Shown in pieces: positions 16,878 to 27,954 of a stretch of 64,000 nt of DNA. The DNA is from an uncultured Dehalococcoidales bacterium (GTDB lineage Bacteria > Chloroflexota > Dehalococcoidia > Dehalococcoidales > G020351185): positions 22,474 through 86,473 of the forward strand of contig CAYGXW010000001.1 in assembly GCA_964354125.1 (NCBI GenBank), read 5' to 3'. Both the position numbers and the translations under genes were made by a program. How positions within the stretch are numbered: position 1 is the stretch's first letter; every line of letters starts with the position of its first letter. The notes beneath the pieces are model-generated. The model had not been told where the DNA came from and searched no databases. It was given only the letters and a program-made list of their open reading frames with translations.

Positions 16878-18293
16878 TTATTGGCGTTGTCTTCTACCGC
16901 GGCTGACTGTTTTGGTGCCCTTCCTTGTGCTCACGTCCCCCCTGTAATCAGGGACATTGATGTTGAAGGGTGTGCTCAGCTTGGGGTCAACAAAGCGGGA
17001 GCTGATGCGGCTCTCAATATCTTCCAGTGCACAGCGGGTGGTAATTACCGTCGGTAGCTGGGCATTATAGCGGTAGTTAATGACCTGATATAATTTTTCC
17101 TGTGCCCAGGGTGTGGTTGCCTGTTCGCCAAAATCATCCAGGACAAGTAACGGGGTGGTCTTTACACTTTCAAAGAGCTGGTCGTAGGATATCTTGCTGT
17201 CGGGGCTGAAGGTGGAGCGTAGATGGTCAAGAAACTCGGGCACTACTACGAACATTGCCGGCTTTCCGGCCTGGTAGCGGTAGTTGACAATAGCAGAAGC
17301 AAGGTGTGTCTTGCCGCAGCCGGTGACACCCTGGAAAACCAGCCAGCTTTCGGGTGATTTAGCATAGTCCAGAGCCAACCGGTAGACATTTTCCAGACTT
17401 TCCCTTTGTTCCGGCAGCAGATTTACCCGTCGCCAGTCAAAATTCTTAAAGCTCATTTGTTTCTGCAGTTCCAGCCCTGGTGCCCAACCATAATCCAGAC
17501 TGTAAGTCCGTTTCTCTTCCAGTGTAAAAATCTGGCACAGCTTGTTATCTGTTAACCGGCTACGAATTCTTTCGTCCAGTTGTTCAATGGGGGTGCTGGT
17601 GGCAATGACGGTAGGTAGTTCCTGGTTATAGCGGTGATTTAGTAGCTGGTCCAGCTTCTCCTTAGCCCAGGGGGTACTGCTCTGTGTGCCCAGGTCATCC
17701 AGAATTAGTAGCGGGGCATTGCGTAATTGGTCAAAGGACTGGTCGTAGGGCATTTCTCGGTCGGGGCTAAAGGTGGAGCGCAGGTCATCCAGAAGGTCGG
17801 GGGTCGTTTTGTATAGAGCCGGCTGTCCCTGATTGATACGCTCGTTGGCGATAGACGCCGCCAGGTGAGTCTTGCCACAGCCGCTGGGACCGACCAGAAC
17901 CAGCCAGCCCTTGGGCTCCTTGGCAAATGCCTTGGCTGCCTCATAGGCATTGCGGAATTGCTGCTGGTTCAAGGGATAGCCACTCCTGCCCTGTGGCACC
18001 AGATTGTCAAAGGTAAGGCGCTTTAGTGAACCCAGATTGCTGTAATGCTCTAGATGGCTACGGCGTTCCTTATCCTTTTCACTGAGGGTGCAGTGGCAGG
18101 CGATCACCCGGCTGAAGTCCGGCTTACCCGAGGGCAGGGTCGGGTGTACAAAACGGGCACCTTTGCAGATATGGCAGATTGAATCTGATGAGGATTCTTC
18201 GGCTCCTTCAGCGCCGCCTGACCATATGTCCGTATTTGCCTTTGATGTACTTGTCTGGGTCTTCTTTTTCAGTGTCTCGCCTATATGCTCCAT
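16878..18293 (-). CDS. zinc-finger protein with two tandem DnaC/IstB-like AAA+ helicase-loader modules
   Basis: N-terminal CHICKG...CHC. Module 1 has GPSGCGKTHLA...LLILDDLG...TPWAKEKLDQLLNHRYNQELPTVIAT. Module 2 has GVTGCGKTHLA...LLVLDDFG...TPWAQEKLYQVINYRYNAQLPTVITT. Confidence 0.75.
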   Translation of the reverse strand: MEHIGETLKKKTQTSTSKANTDIWSGGAEGAEESSSDSICHICKGARFVHPTLPSGKPDFSRVIACHCTLSEKDKERRSHLEHYSNLGSLKRLTFDNLVPQGRSGYPLNQQQFRNAYEAAKAFAKEPKGWLVLVGPSGCGKTHLAASIANERINQGQPALYKTTPDLLDDLRSTFSPDREMPYDQSFDQLRNAPLLILDDLGTQSSTPWAKEKLDQLLNHRYNQELPTVIATSTPIEQLDERIRSRLTDNKLCQIFTLEEKRTYSLDYGWAPGLELQKQMSFKNFDWRRVNLLPEQRESLENVYRLALDYAKSPESWLVFQGVTGCGKTHLASAIVNYRYQAGKPAMFVVVPEFLDHLRSTFSPDSKISYDQLFESVKTTPLLVLDDFGEQATTPWAQEKLYQVINYRYNAQLPTVITTRCALEDIESRISSRFVDPKLSTPFNINVPDYRGDVSTRKGTKTVSRGRRQRQ

Positions 18294-18924
18294 CTTGCCT
18301 GCCTTCCCTAGCCCAGCGCTCTAGAATGGTTGCAATATAATCCCATTTACGTTTGTTCTGATTAACCGCTATTTTAATGGCATCCCTTATCCAGGTCTCA
18401 GGGTAGAGCTCTTCCGCCTCTTTTATTTCCTCGGCAATCATCGGCGTTAGCATACCGATGTTCTCTTCATAAAGGGTGAAAATATTGGGTAGTTCCTCAG
18501 TCTGTGTTGGGGGTATAGTTTTAGCTTTAAGCCCGGTGAGTTTCAGTTCTCCATCTTGAATCTTAGCCATAGACTGTCTATCGGATGGGGTGTTAAGGAA
18601 ATAGAGCTCTTCCGTTTCTCCATCACAATCTACTGCCAGATTTAGTATGGTTCCCCTTTTCACAGCCAGTTCCAGGGCACTTTTAAGTACCTCTTTAGCC
18701 GGTTTGTTAGTCTGCTCCAGGCTTCTCATCAGACCGGCATTAATTAATAACTCGCCGAAGCTTACAAATCGGGGGTGACCCTTTTTGCTATAAATTGCCA
18801 TGAAGATATGGAGTGTCGTCTTGAGCTCGTTTACATCGCTAATCTGGGACATTATATGGCTCAAAAAAGGGTTTGGGATGGGAGTAAATTCCATCCTGGC
18901 CGGGAAACCCCGAAACGGCTTCAT
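18208..18924 (-). CDS. DnaD/DnaB(Bsu)-domain replication initiation protein-like
   Basis: The C-terminal WIRDAIKIAVNQNKRKWDYIATILERWAREG resembles the DnaD-like (DnaB_2) domain. Located between dnaB and the DnaC-like gene. Its ATGA overlaps the dnaB stop. Confidence 0.6.
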   Translation of the reverse strand: MKPFRGFPARMEFTPIPNPFLSHIMSQISDVNELKTTLHIFMAIYSKKGHPRFVSFGELLINAGLMRSLEQTNKPAKEVLKSALELAVKRGTILNLAVDCDGETEELYFLNTPSDRQSMAKIQDGELKLTGLKAKTIPPTQTEELPNIFTLYEENIGMLTPMIAEEIKEAEELYPETWIRDAIKIAVNQNKRKWDYIATILERWAREGRQDGAYRRDTEKEDPDKYIKGKYGHMVRRR

Positions 18925-20315
18925 AGTAGCGTTGGCTCCGCTTTGGCAATATTTTCAAACCTGGTCAGGCTATGTTTGAAGCGTAGCTTCACCTGACCGG
19001 TGGGTCCATTACGATGCTTGGCGATTATTATATCAGCCATTTCTTTGGGGTATTCTTTATCCGGGTGCTGGCTTTGCCATTCCTCTACGGTTGGATAGTA
19101 AATCTCGTCACGGTAGATAAAAAGCACTAGGTCGGCATCCTGCTCAATACTGCCACTTTCACGCAGGTCGGAGAGTTGGGGTATGTGTGATGCCCGCCAC
19201 TCCGGAGCCCGGCTAAGCTGTGATACGGCAATAACCGGCACCTTTAATTCACGAGCCAGTGCTTTGAGGGAACGGGAGACATAGCTTATTTCCTGAACCC
19301 TGTTTTCATTTCTGCCATCCCCCTGTAGCAGCTGAAGATAGTCAACTATAATTAGGTCAATACCGCGTTCATAGTATAGACGGCGGGCTTTGCTCCTCAT
19401 TTCTACCACTCTAAGTTGTGGGGAATCGTCAATAAAAATAGACGCCTCCGAGAGTTTGCCAGTAGCCTCCATAATCAGTTTTTCTTCATCTTCTGTATTT
19501 AATCCCAGACGAATACGCCTTGAGTTTACCCCGGATTCACTGGAGAGCAGGCGCTGCACCAACCCCTCGCGAAACATCTCCAGGCTGAAAAGGGCGACAC
19601 AAGCCCCCTGTTCTATAGCGGCATTTCTGGCGATGTTAAGCACAAGGCTGGTCTTGCCCATGCTGGGTCTGCCGGCAATGATAATCAGGTCGGCGCGCTG
19701 GAAACCGCCCAGGAAATCGTCCAGGCCATCAAAACCAGACAGTGCATGCGGGATTGGCTGGTAGCCTTCTGCTTCCGGCGATGGTGGAGCCTCAAAGTAC
19801 CTGTCAAGAACCTGTTTTATGTGGACAAAATCCAGTGTTCCCCGTTCATGACGAAGCTTAAACAAGACATCTTCAGCCCTGTTTAGGGCATTACTAACAT
19901 CAGGGTCGGCTTCATAGCCGATACTGGAAATCTTTTCGGCAGAAGAAATCAGCTGTCGCATTATAGATAGACGGTAAACGATTCGGGCATAGTGTTCAAT
20001 ATCAAGGGAGGTAGGCACTATGGATATCAGGTGGCTTAAGTAGGCGGCACCGCCACATTTCTCAAGTTTCCCCTGTCGGTCCAGCTCTTGAGCCACTGTT
20101 ATCTGGTTTATTGCCTCATCACGCTGGTAGAGCGAAAGGCAGGCTTGGTATATCCACCTGTTTTGCTCGCTGTAGAAGTCCTCCGGTCTGAGTATTACAG
20201 CCACTTCATAGATAGCCTTGCCATCTATCAGCAGAGAACCGTTTACCGACTCCTCGGCATCAATATCATACGGCGGCAGTTTGTTATCCGGCACCTGAGC
20301 TGGACCCCTCCTCAC
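18921..20315 (-). CDS. dnaB: replicative DNA helicase
   Basis: N-terminal PPYDIDAEESVNGSLLIDG, Walker A GRPSMGKTS, Walker B IIVDYLQL, then SQLSR...SDLRESGSIEQDAD. Confidence 0.9.
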   Translation of the reverse strand: MRRGPAQVPDNKLPPYDIDAEESVNGSLLIDGKAIYEVAVILRPEDFYSEQNRWIYQACLSLYQRDEAINQITVAQELDRQGKLEKCGGAAYLSHLISIVPTSLDIEHYARIVYRLSIMRQLISSAEKISSIGYEADPDVSNALNRAEDVLFKLRHERGTLDFVHIKQVLDRYFEAPPSPEAEGYQPIPHALSGFDGLDDFLGGFQRADLIIIAGRPSMGKTSLVLNIARNAAIEQGACVALFSLEMFREGLVQRLLSSESGVNSRRIRLGLNTEDEEKLIMEATGKLSEASIFIDDSPQLRVVEMRSKARRLYYERGIDLIIVDYLQLLQGDGRNENRVQEISYVSRSLKALARELKVPVIAVSQLSRAPEWRASHIPQLSDLRESGSIEQDADLVLFIYRDEIYYPTVEEWQSQHPDKEYPKEMADIIIAKHRNGPTGQVKLRFKHSLTRFENIAKAEPTLL

Positions 20316-20751
20316 TAACGGTTACTTTAACTTTTGGTATTATATTCTTACCTAATTTGATAGCTATATCAAAGCTACCTAGCTCACGGATAGGCTCATC
20401 CAGTTCTATTTTTCTTTTGTCTACGGTTATCCCGGTTATTTTTTCAAGCTCGGCGGAAATATCAGCACTAGTGACTGAACCATAGAGACGGTCTTTAGCC
20501 CCAACCTTGGCTTTAATGATAACCTCTTTACCTTCCAGTTGTTTTGCCGTGTTAACCAGTTCAGCCTCTGTTTGAAATTGCTTGTTGGCTTGTGATTTAA
20601 GCCGGGCTTCAAGCCTGGCGGTTGTCTCAGGGCTAGCCGGGGCGGCCAGTTTTTTGGGTATCAGAAAGTTTCGGCCATAACCATCAGCTACCTCTTTTAT
20701 ATCGCCGGCTCTGGCTATTTTAGCTACATCTTCTAGAAAAATGACCTTCAT
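20284..20751 (-). CDS. rplI: 50S ribosomal protein L9
   Basis: MKVIFLEDVAKIARAGDIKEVADGYGRNFLIPKKLA is the canonical L9 N-terminus. Start taken at the internal ATG (20751), not the ORF-track start. Confidence 0.9.
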   Translation of the reverse strand: MKVIFLEDVAKIARAGDIKEVADGYGRNFLIPKKLAAPASPETTARLEARLKSQANKQFQTEAELVNTAKQLEGKEVIIKAKVGAKDRLYGSVTSADISAELEKITGITVDKRKIELDEPIRELGSFDIAIKLGKNIIPKVKVTVSEEGSSSGAG

Positions 20752-20803
20752 AGTGCCCTCTTTCTTTGAATAATTATACCCTAACAATACCGAAGTATAA
20801 AGC

Positions 20804-21721
20804 TTATTGCTCAATAAAGCTCTTGGCACTAAGAGCGGCGATGGCGCCGTCTCCAGCGGCGGCTACAGTCTGCATGATTGAACCGGAACGTATATCACCG
20901 GCGGCGAATATGCCTGGTATTTTAGTCTTCATCTGCTCATCGGTGATAATGTGGCCCCTTTTGTCTAGCGGAAGGGTATTTTTCAGGTAGTCGGTATTAG
21001 GTTTTAAACCGATAGCCATGAAAACCCCAGATACTTCAAGGAAAGATTGTTCACTGGTTTTTATATTTTGTAGTCTTAATCTTTGAACAGAATCCTTGCC
21101 CTCAATTGCCTTGACCACGGTATTCAAAAGGAATTCTATTTTGGCTTCGGCAGAGGCTTTTTCCTGCACCACAGCGGTTGCCCGGAGGTGGTTGCGGCGG
21201 TGTATTACGGTAATCTTGGAAGAAAATTTAGTTAGATGCAGGGCTTCATAGATAGCGGCGTTACCACCGCCAACCACAGCCACTGGTTTATCTTTAAAGA
21301 AGGGGCCATCGCAGGTGGCACAATAAGATACCCCCTTACCGGTAAACTCCTTTTCTCCAGGAATACCGAGCTTTCCCCTTTCTGAGCCGCCGGCTACAAT
21401 TACCGCCCGGGTAATAAGGTCGCCGTTAGTTGTCTTGACTATTATTTGTTCCTCTTTAATTTCAAGAGAGGTAACCTCGGCAAAAGTGCTTTCCAGCCCG
21501 TATTTTTTTGCTTGCTCATACATTAGCTTGGTCAGCTCAATGCCACTGATACCCTGTGGGAAACCGGGGTAGTTGTCAACCAGCACTGCCTCGGTTATTT
21601 TACCCCCAATTACACCCCTTTCTATAAGCAGGCTATTGAGTCTGTCTCTGGCGGTATAAATCCCGGCGGTGAGTCCAGCAGGGCCTCCGCCAATAATAAC
21701 AACATCATATACTTTATTCAC
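20804..21721 (-). CDS. trxB: thioredoxin-disulfide reductase
   Basis: FAD motif IIGGGPAG, redox-active CATCDG and NADPH motif GGGNAA. Confidence 0.85.
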   Translation of the reverse strand: MNKVYDVVIIGGGPAGLTAGIYTARDRLNSLLIERGVIGGKITEAVLVDNYPGFPQGISGIELTKLMYEQAKKYGLESTFAEVTSLEIKEEQIIVKTTNGDLITRAVIVAGGSERGKLGIPGEKEFTGKGVSYCATCDGPFFKDKPVAVVGGGNAAIYEALHLTKFSSKITVIHRRNHLRATAVVQEKASAEAKIEFLLNTVVKAIEGKDSVQRLRLQNIKTSEQSFLEVSGVFMAIGLKPNTDYLKNTLPLDKRGHIITDEQMKTKIPGIFAAGDIRSGSIMQTVAAAGDGAIAALSAKSFIEQ

Positions 21722-22706
21722 TCTTCGCCTCGCTTATTAACTGGCTGAGCTTTACTTCAGCCGTCCGGTTGGCTAAGCCGATGGCATTTTTGATAGCCTT
21801 TGCATGGCTACGACCGTGGGAGACAATGACATTTCCCGTCACTCCAAGAAGACAGGCACCACCATATTCTCTATAGTCCATACCCTTAACAAGAAAGCCA
21901 AGACCGACATCGGATAAAAGTGCCCGACCGCGAAGGTTATGAGTGCTGTTTGAGGACTGCCCGCTCTGTCTGACCTTGATAAAAGAATCCCCCAGTCCCT
22001 CAACGGTTTTGATTACTATATTACCGGTGAAGCCATCAGTGACGATAACATCAGCAGTTCCCTTGGCGATATCGGTGCCCTCTATATTGCCGATAAAATT
22101 AAGGTTGGAGCCTTTTAGCAGTTGATGGCTTTCCTGAGCAAGGCGGTTGCCCTTGGTCTCTTCGGTACCATTGCTCAGCAAACCGATGCGCGGTGAATCA
22201 AAGCCGAAGATATTCCTGGCATAGATATTCCCCAAGCGGGCAAATTGGAATAAATGGCTTGGCCGACAATCAGCGTTAGCACCGGCATCAATGAGGAGGG
22301 ATGGGGAAGAACGATTAAGGCTGACAATACTAGCCAGGGCAGGACGCTCAATTCCCTCTATCTTACCTAAATTGAGCAAGGCGGCGCATAACACCGCCCC
22401 GGTATTACCGGCGGAAACAAAAGCATCGGCCTTACCTTCTTTTAGCAGGTTGATGCCGACCACAATGGAAGAACGAGGCTTTTTACGTATTGCCTCCATA
22501 GGGTGTTCGTGAAATTCAATTGTCTGGCTGGCACCGATGATGCTAAGCCTGAGTTTTTTTAGGTATTTACTAGCCAATACGTGAAGTAGGGCTTTCTTAC
22601 CTACCAGTATAATCTCAACGTCATACTCCTGGGCGGCTTTTATGGCTCCCTTGACTATTTCGTGGGGAGCGTATTCACCGCCAGAGGCATCTACTGCTAT
22701 CCTCAT
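21714..22706 (-). CDS. plsX: phosphate acyltransferase PlsX
   Basis: Contains [10 protein letters not shown]...[10 protein letters not shown] and TDGFTGN motifs. Confidence 0.85.
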   Translation of the reverse strand: MRIAVDASGGEYAPHEIVKGAIKAAQEYDVEIILVGKKALLHVLASKYLKKLRLSIIGASQTIEFHEHPMEAIRKKPRSSIVVGINLLKEGKADAFVSAGNTGAVLCAALLNLGKIEGIERPALASIVSLNRSSPSLLIDAGANADCRPSHLFQFARLGNIYARNIFGFDSPRIGLLSNGTEETKGNRLAQESHQLLKGSNLNFIGNIEGTDIAKGTADVIVTDGFTGNIVIKTVEGLGDSFIKVRQSGQSSNSTHNLRGRALLSDVGLGFLVKGMDYREYGGACLLGVTGNVIVSHGRSHAKAIKNAIGLANRTAEVKLSQLISEAKSE

Positions 22707-23686
22707 TTGTTTCCTCGGCTAAAGCTCTCGGTTTTTGCAGTTTCTTGCCATTTGTCACAGAGTCCTCCCCAGCTGGCAAGAACCTGGCTATTTAGGGAAA
22801 GCTGGGCTATCTGACAGAGGTAGGGGCAATCTTCGCATTCAAAGGATGAGGCGCTATACTCTAATTCACTTACGCCAAATCCCTTGAAACTACTTTCATC
22901 GCTTTCTTTCTCTTCGTGTACCAGTAGTGCGGCGCCTATAGCACCCATGATTTCATGATGGACGGGGACGATAATATCGGTATTAAGTTCTTCTTTAAGT
23001 GCCCTGATTATACCTTTATTAAAGGCGACTCCACCCTGGAATACTATCGGTGGCTTGATATCCTTTCCCAGAGCCACATTACTGAGGTAGTTGCGCACCA
23101 GGGTCTGGCACAGACCATAGATAATGTCTTCAATGCGGTGACCCGTTTGTTGTTTGTGCACCATGTCTGATTCGGCAAAAACAGTACATCGTCCGGAAAT
23201 AATTACCGGGTTTTTGCTTTCCATCGCCAGCCGACTGAACTGCCCAATAGTCATATTCAAGCGCTGTGCCTGGTGGTCAAGGAAACTGCCGGTGCCAGCG
23301 GCACATACCGTATTCATGCCAAAGTCGGTTACGATGCCATCCCTGATGATTATAATTTTACTATCCTGACCGCCGATTTCAATTATTGTTTGCACATCAG
23401 GTATGTAGTGCAGGGCAGAAGTCGCCTGGCTGGTAATCTCATTCTTAACCGAGTCGGCACCAACAACAGCTCCGGCTAGGTCGCGGGCACTGCCGGTAGT
23501 AGCCACGCCACAGATATCACTACCTTCAGGCAAGAGCTTTTCTAGCTGCTTCAGGCCTTGCTGTACCGCCCTGACCGGGTTACCATGTGTTGGCTGGTAG
23601 GTATGACATATAAGTTCATTTGTTCCATCAAGAACAGCCATCTTGGTGGATACTGAACCAACATCAATGCCCAGAAAGACTTTCAC
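22703..23686 (-). CDS. BadF/BadG/BcrA/BcrD-type ATPase (acyl-CoA dehydratase activase-like) with a Cys-rich C-terminal tail
   Basis: ASKHA fold start [10 protein letters not shown]. Both cluster-bridging Cys contexts are present (VCAAGTGSF and [11 protein letters not shown]). The extra tail is CEDCPYLC...C. Its stop overlaps the plsX start by 4 nt. Confidence 0.7.
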   Translation of the reverse strand: MKVFLGIDVGSVSTKMAVLDGTNELICHTYQPTHGNPVRAVQQGLKQLEKLLPEGSDICGVATTGSARDLAGAVVGADSVKNEITSQATSALHYIPDVQTIIEIGGQDSKIIIIRDGIVTDFGMNTVCAAGTGSFLDHQAQRLNMTIGQFSRLAMESKNPVIISGRCTVFAESDMVHKQQTGHRIEDIIYGLCQTLVRNYLSNVALGKDIKPPIVFQGGVAFNKGIIRALKEELNTDIIVPVHHEIMGAIGAALLVHEEKESDESSFKGFGVSELEYSASSFECEDCPYLCQIAQLSLNSQVLASWGGLCDKWQETAKTESFSRGNK

Positions 23687-23785
23687 AGCTCTCCTTGTGC
23701 CAAAATAGAGGTTTTCAATTCTTTATCTATTATACCTCAAGATACAAATAAGGGGTAGTAAGATAGAGATAATGCCGGCATCTGG

Positions 23786-24958
23786 TCATGAAGAATATTC
23801 GGCAAACTCTTTTTTGACCTGGTTAACGGTTTCTGGACTGGACAAAAGGTCAAACACCGTCATTGCCAGAGCCTGGGCGGCGTCAATCATTCCCTGAATG
23901 CCAGCCTCGGAGGTAGCCGCCTCAGCAAACTGGGGAGAATGAGTGTTCATTACTTCGGGGGCTATGGCTACTGAGGGATGGATGCTGGGTACCAGATGGC
24001 TAACATTACCCATATCGGTACTGCCAAAGGATTTACTGGCATTTTCTAACTGTACTTCACGCCCCAGAGAGTTCATATTATTGATAAAAAACTGAGCCAG
24101 GGTCAGGTTATTACGCATCGAGGCATACTGTACCTCCCCCCACCTGTATTCCAGTCTGGCACCGGTGGCAGTGGCGGCACCAATGAAGCAGTTCAAGACC
24201 TTTTCTTTTAATTCCTCAAGGTAGGCTTCATCCGGGGAGCGTACTAAAAAGTTTGCCGCACTATGAGCCGGAACAACATTGGCTGCCTGGCCGCCATCGG
24301 TGATAATCCCATGGATTCGGGCTTTATCCTTGATGTGCTGGCGCAATGAATTAATAGCGGTAAAAGACTGAATCATTGCCTCCAGGGCATTGATACCTTC
24401 TTCTGGATGGGCGGCGGCATGTGCCTCCTGACCAAAGAACTCAACCTCAAGTGAAATGCAGGCTAGGGCTCTGGTGGTGGCAGTGTCATGTCTTGAAGGG
24501 TGCACCATCATGGCCATATCAATATCTTTAAAGGCTCCTCTCTGGGCCATTATTATCTTACCACCATATAGTTCCTCGGCTGGCGTGCCCAGGACAATAA
24601 CAGTACCCCCAAAATGGTCAATAGCTGGTTTGGCAGCCACGGCGGCACCGACGGCGATACCGGCTATTAGATTGTGACCGCAGGCGTGACCAAGCTGGGG
24701 CAGGGCGTCATATTCGGCTAGAATGGCAATAGACGGTCGGCTTTTGCCATAGCTGGCTCTGAAAGCAGTCGCCAGCTGGCAGATACCCTTTTCTACGGCA
24801 AAGCCATTTGTTTCAAGATATTGGGTTAACCATTTTGAGGCTTTGTATTCCTGAAAACCCAATTCAGGGTGTGAGTGTATTTTCAGGCTCAGCCTGCTAA
24901 GCTTTTGGCGCTGTTTGTTAACTTCGGCTTTAACTAGAGCCTTGAAGTCTTGAGCCAT
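23786..24958 (-). CDS. M20-family amidohydrolase/peptidase (M20D-like)
   Basis: Contains HACGHN and GTPAEE metal-binding motifs. Length is 390 aa. Confidence 0.75.
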   Translation of the reverse strand: MAQDFKALVKAEVNKQRQKLSRLSLKIHSHPELGFQEYKASKWLTQYLETNGFAVEKGICQLATAFRASYGKSRPSIAILAEYDALPQLGHACGHNLIAGIAVGAAVAAKPAIDHFGGTVIVLGTPAEELYGGKIIMAQRGAFKDIDMAMMVHPSRHDTATTRALACISLEVEFFGQEAHAAAHPEEGINALEAMIQSFTAINSLRQHIKDKARIHGIITDGGQAANVVPAHSAANFLVRSPDEAYLEELKEKVLNCFIGAATATGARLEYRWGEVQYASMRNNLTLAQFFINNMNSLGREVQLENASKSFGSTDMGNVSHLVPSIHPSVAIAPEVMNTHSPQFAEAATSEAGIQGMIDAAQALAMTVFDLLSSPETVNQVKKEFAEYSS

Positions 24959-25037
24959 TTTTTACCCCGATGGTTATTATAGCCCATACAGGCTCAGGCT
25001 TTCTAGTCGCTTGTTGGTATTAGTGACTAGTGATAAA

Positions 25038-27917
25038 ATGGTAAAGGTTATTGGGGAGGGAAAATTGCCGCTAGATGCCATACTGGTCAAGGGGGCTCGT
25101 GAGCATAATCTTAAGAATATAGATATCACTATCCCCCGTGATAAGCTGGTGGTTATCACGGGTGTCTCTGGTTCGGGCAAGAGCTCGCTGGCATTTGATA
25201 CCATCTATGCCGAAGGACAGCGCCGCTATATGGAGTCCCTTTCGGCATATGCCCGTCAATTTCTGGGACGGATGGAAAAGCCCGATGTGGACTATATTGA
25301 AGGCTTGAGCCCGGCGATATCTATTGACCAGAAGGGTGCCAGCCGCAACCCTCGCTCTACGGTGGGCACGGTTACCGAAATCTACGACTATCTGCGTCTT
25401 CTCTTTGCCCGGGTGGGTCATCCCCACTGTCCACAATGCGGGCGGGAAATCACCATGCAGACGGTGGAGCAGATTGTTGACGCCATTCAGGCTTTACCGG
25501 AGGAGACACGCATAATGATTCTGGCGCCGCTGGTTAAAGACCGAAAGGGTGAATACCAGTCGGTGTTTAACGATTTACGAAAGGCTGGTTATGCCCGGGT
25601 TCGGATTGACGGGCAGATACATGAGCTTTCAGAAGAGTTTCAACTGGATAAATTCAAGAAGCACTCTATTGAAGCCGTTATTGATAGGCTGGTCATCGGG
25701 CAGAGCGGTAGCCAGAGCCGTATTGCCGATTCAGTGGAGACGGCTTTAAAACTTGGAGCTGGAGTAGTCCTGGTTTCCATAGTTAGCGGCGAAGAGCTGT
25801 TGTTCTCGGAGCACTTCGCCTGTGTCCACTGTGGCATCAGCCTGGGTGAGATTGCTCCCAGAACCTTCAGCTTTAACAATCCTCACGGTGCCTGTCCTGC
25901 ATGCTCTGGACTTGGGGTAAAGATGGAACTGGAGCCTGAGCTGATTATTCCAAATAAGAAGTTATCGCTGGCTGAGGGGGCTATCCACCCCTATCAGTGG
26001 CAAACCTGGTATTTATACTCGCTTGATGAGTTAGCCAAGCGCCAGGGCTTTTCCATAAATACCCCGCTTAAGAATCTGACCCCGGAGCAGATTAAACTGA
26101 TTCTATATGGCGAAGGTGGTTATTCATACAAGTACCGCAACCGCTTCGGGCGGGAGAGGGAATACTTTGACGGCTTTGAGGGGGTGATTCCCCGCCTGGA
26201 GAGACTCTATCGTGATACCGAGTCGGAGAACTCTAGGACTTATATTGAGCGCTATATGGTAACCAAACCTTGTCCTGCCTGTGAGGGCAAGCGGCTAAAA
26301 CCAGAGGCTCTGGCGGTTAGCATCGACGGCAGGAATATCAATGATGTCACTTCAATGTCGGTCACTCAGGCATCGGAGTGGGTATCTTCTCTTGGCAGCC
26401 AGGAGACAATTCTTAGTCAGCGGGAACAGGTGATTGCCCGTCAGGTTCTCAAGGAGCTTGATTCCCGCCTGGGCTTTCTGGAGAATGTCGGGCTGGATTA
26501 CCTGACTATTGATAGAACATCGGGCACCCTTTCCGGTGGTGAGGCGCAGAGAATCCGCCTGGCGACTCAGATAGGCAGTGGCCTTATGGGCGTCCTCTAT
26601 ATCTGCGATGAACCGACGGTGGGGCTTCACCCGGCGGATGACTTCCGCTTGATAGAAACATTGAAAAGGTTGAGAAATCTGGGCAATACCATATTGGTTG
26701 TGGAACACGATGAGGCGATGATGCGTGCCGCCGACCATATCATTGATATGGGGCCGGGAGCCGGTGAGCATGGCGGTTGGATTGTGGCTACCGGCACGCT
26801 GGAAGATATTATGAACTCAAAGGAGTCAATAACCGGTCAGTATTTAAGTGGCGTAAAAAAAATTCCCCTACCTCAAAAGCGGCGTCCCGGCTCGGGGGAA
26901 GAGATAGTAATCAGGGGTGCCCGGCAGAATAACCTTAAAGATATAGATGTTTCAATTCCTCTGGGCAAGTTTGTCTGTGTCACCGGGGTTTCCGGTAGTG
27001 GTAAGAGCACACTTATCAGTGACATACTGTATAAAAAGCTGGCCCAGATTTTGTATCGCTCAAAGGAAAGAGCCGGCGACTGTGATGGTATATTAGGTGA
27101 GGAAAACATTGATAAGGCAATCAATATTGACCAGTCTCCCATCGGGCGTACTCCCAGAAGCAATCCGGCTACCTATACCGGCACCTTCACCCCCATTCGC
27201 GAGCTTTTTGCCACTGCTCCTGAGGCCCGGATGAAGGGCTATGCACCGGGCAGGTTTTCATTCAATGTTAAGGGTGGGCGCTGTGAAGCCTGCCGTGGCG
27301 AGGGTTATATCCAGATTGAGATGCAGTTCCTGCCCGATGTTACCGTACCCTGTGAGGTATGCAGGGGCAAGCGTTACAACCGTGAAGTTTTAGAGATAAG
27401 ATTCAAGGGCAAGAACATCGCCGAGATACTTGATATGACCGTGGAGCAGGCTCTGGTTTTCTTTGAACATTTCCCCAAGGTCAAGAATAAACTAAAGACA
27501 TTGAATGATGTCGGGCTGGGCTATATCCGCCTGGGACAGCCGGCGACTACCCTATCCGGCGGTGAAGCACAGAGGGTAAAGCTGGCTACCGAGCTGTCAA
27601 AGCGGGCTACAGGAAGCACTCTTTATATTCTTGATGAACCAACTACCGGGCTTGCCTTTGAAGATGTAGCCGCCTTACTTAGAGTGCTGCAGCGCCTAGT
27701 TGATGCCGGCAATACAGTGGTTATTATTGAACATCACCTTGATGTGGTTAAGAATGCCGACTGGATTATCGACCTTGGGCCTGGGGCTGGTGATAAAGGT
27801 GGCTTTGTTGTCGCCACCGGTACACCTGAGGAGATAGCCAGGGAAACTACCTCCACCACCGGATATTATCTGAACCGGGTATTGCCCAAACACTCTGAGT
27901 ATGCTTTGCAGGGTTAA
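25038..27917 (+). CDS. uvrA: excinuclease ABC subunit A
   Basis: Contains [10 protein letters not shown], two ABC modules ([12 protein letters not shown] and [10 protein letters not shown]) and zinc-finger CxxC pairs. The TTG at 25065 has the better SD (GGGGAGGG) and may be the true start. Confidence 0.95.
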   Translation: MVKVIGEGKLPLDAILVKGAREHNLKNIDITIPRDKLVVITGVSGSGKSSLAFDTIYAEGQRRYMESLSAYARQFLGRMEKPDVDYIEGLSPAISIDQKGASRNPRSTVGTVTEIYDYLRLLFARVGHPHCPQCGREITMQTVEQIVDAIQALPEETRIMILAPLVKDRKGEYQSVFNDLRKAGYARVRIDGQIHELSEEFQLDKFKKHSIEAVIDRLVIGQSGSQSRIADSVETALKLGAGVVLVSIVSGEELLFSEHFACVHCGISLGEIAPRTFSFNNPHGACPACSGLGVKMELEPELIIPNKKLSLAEGAIHPYQWQTWYLYSLDELAKRQGFSINTPLKNLTPEQIKLILYGEGGYSYKYRNRFGREREYFDGFEGVIPRLERLYRDTESENSRTYIERYMVTKPCPACEGKRLKPEALAVSIDGRNINDVTSMSVTQASEWVSSLGSQETILSQREQVIARQVLKELDSRLGFLENVGLDYLTIDRTSGTLSGGEAQRIRLATQIGSGLMGVLYICDEPTVGLHPADDFRLIETLKRLRNLGNTILVVEHDEAMMRAADHIIDMGPGAGEHGGWIVATGTLEDIMNSKESITGQYLSGVKKIPLPQKRRPGSGEEIVIRGARQNNLKDIDVSIPLGKFVCVTGVSGSGKSTLISDILYKKLAQILYRSKERAGDCDGILGEENIDKAINIDQSPIGRTPRSNPATYTGTFTPIRELFATAPEARMKGYAPGRFSFNVKGGRCEACRGEGYIQIEMQFLPDVTVPCEVCRGKRYNREVLEIRFKGKNIAEILDMTVEQALVFFEHFPKVKNKLKTLNDVGLGYIRLGQPATTLSGGEAQRVKLATELSKRATGSTLYILDEPTTGLAFEDVAALLRVLQRLVDAGNTVVIIEHHLDVVKNADWIIDLGPGAGDKGGFVVATGTPEEIARETTSTTGYYLNRVLPKHSEYALQG

Positions 27918-27954
27918 AACTTAATGGGTGGTGATTGTGAACTAAGGGGGTGAC

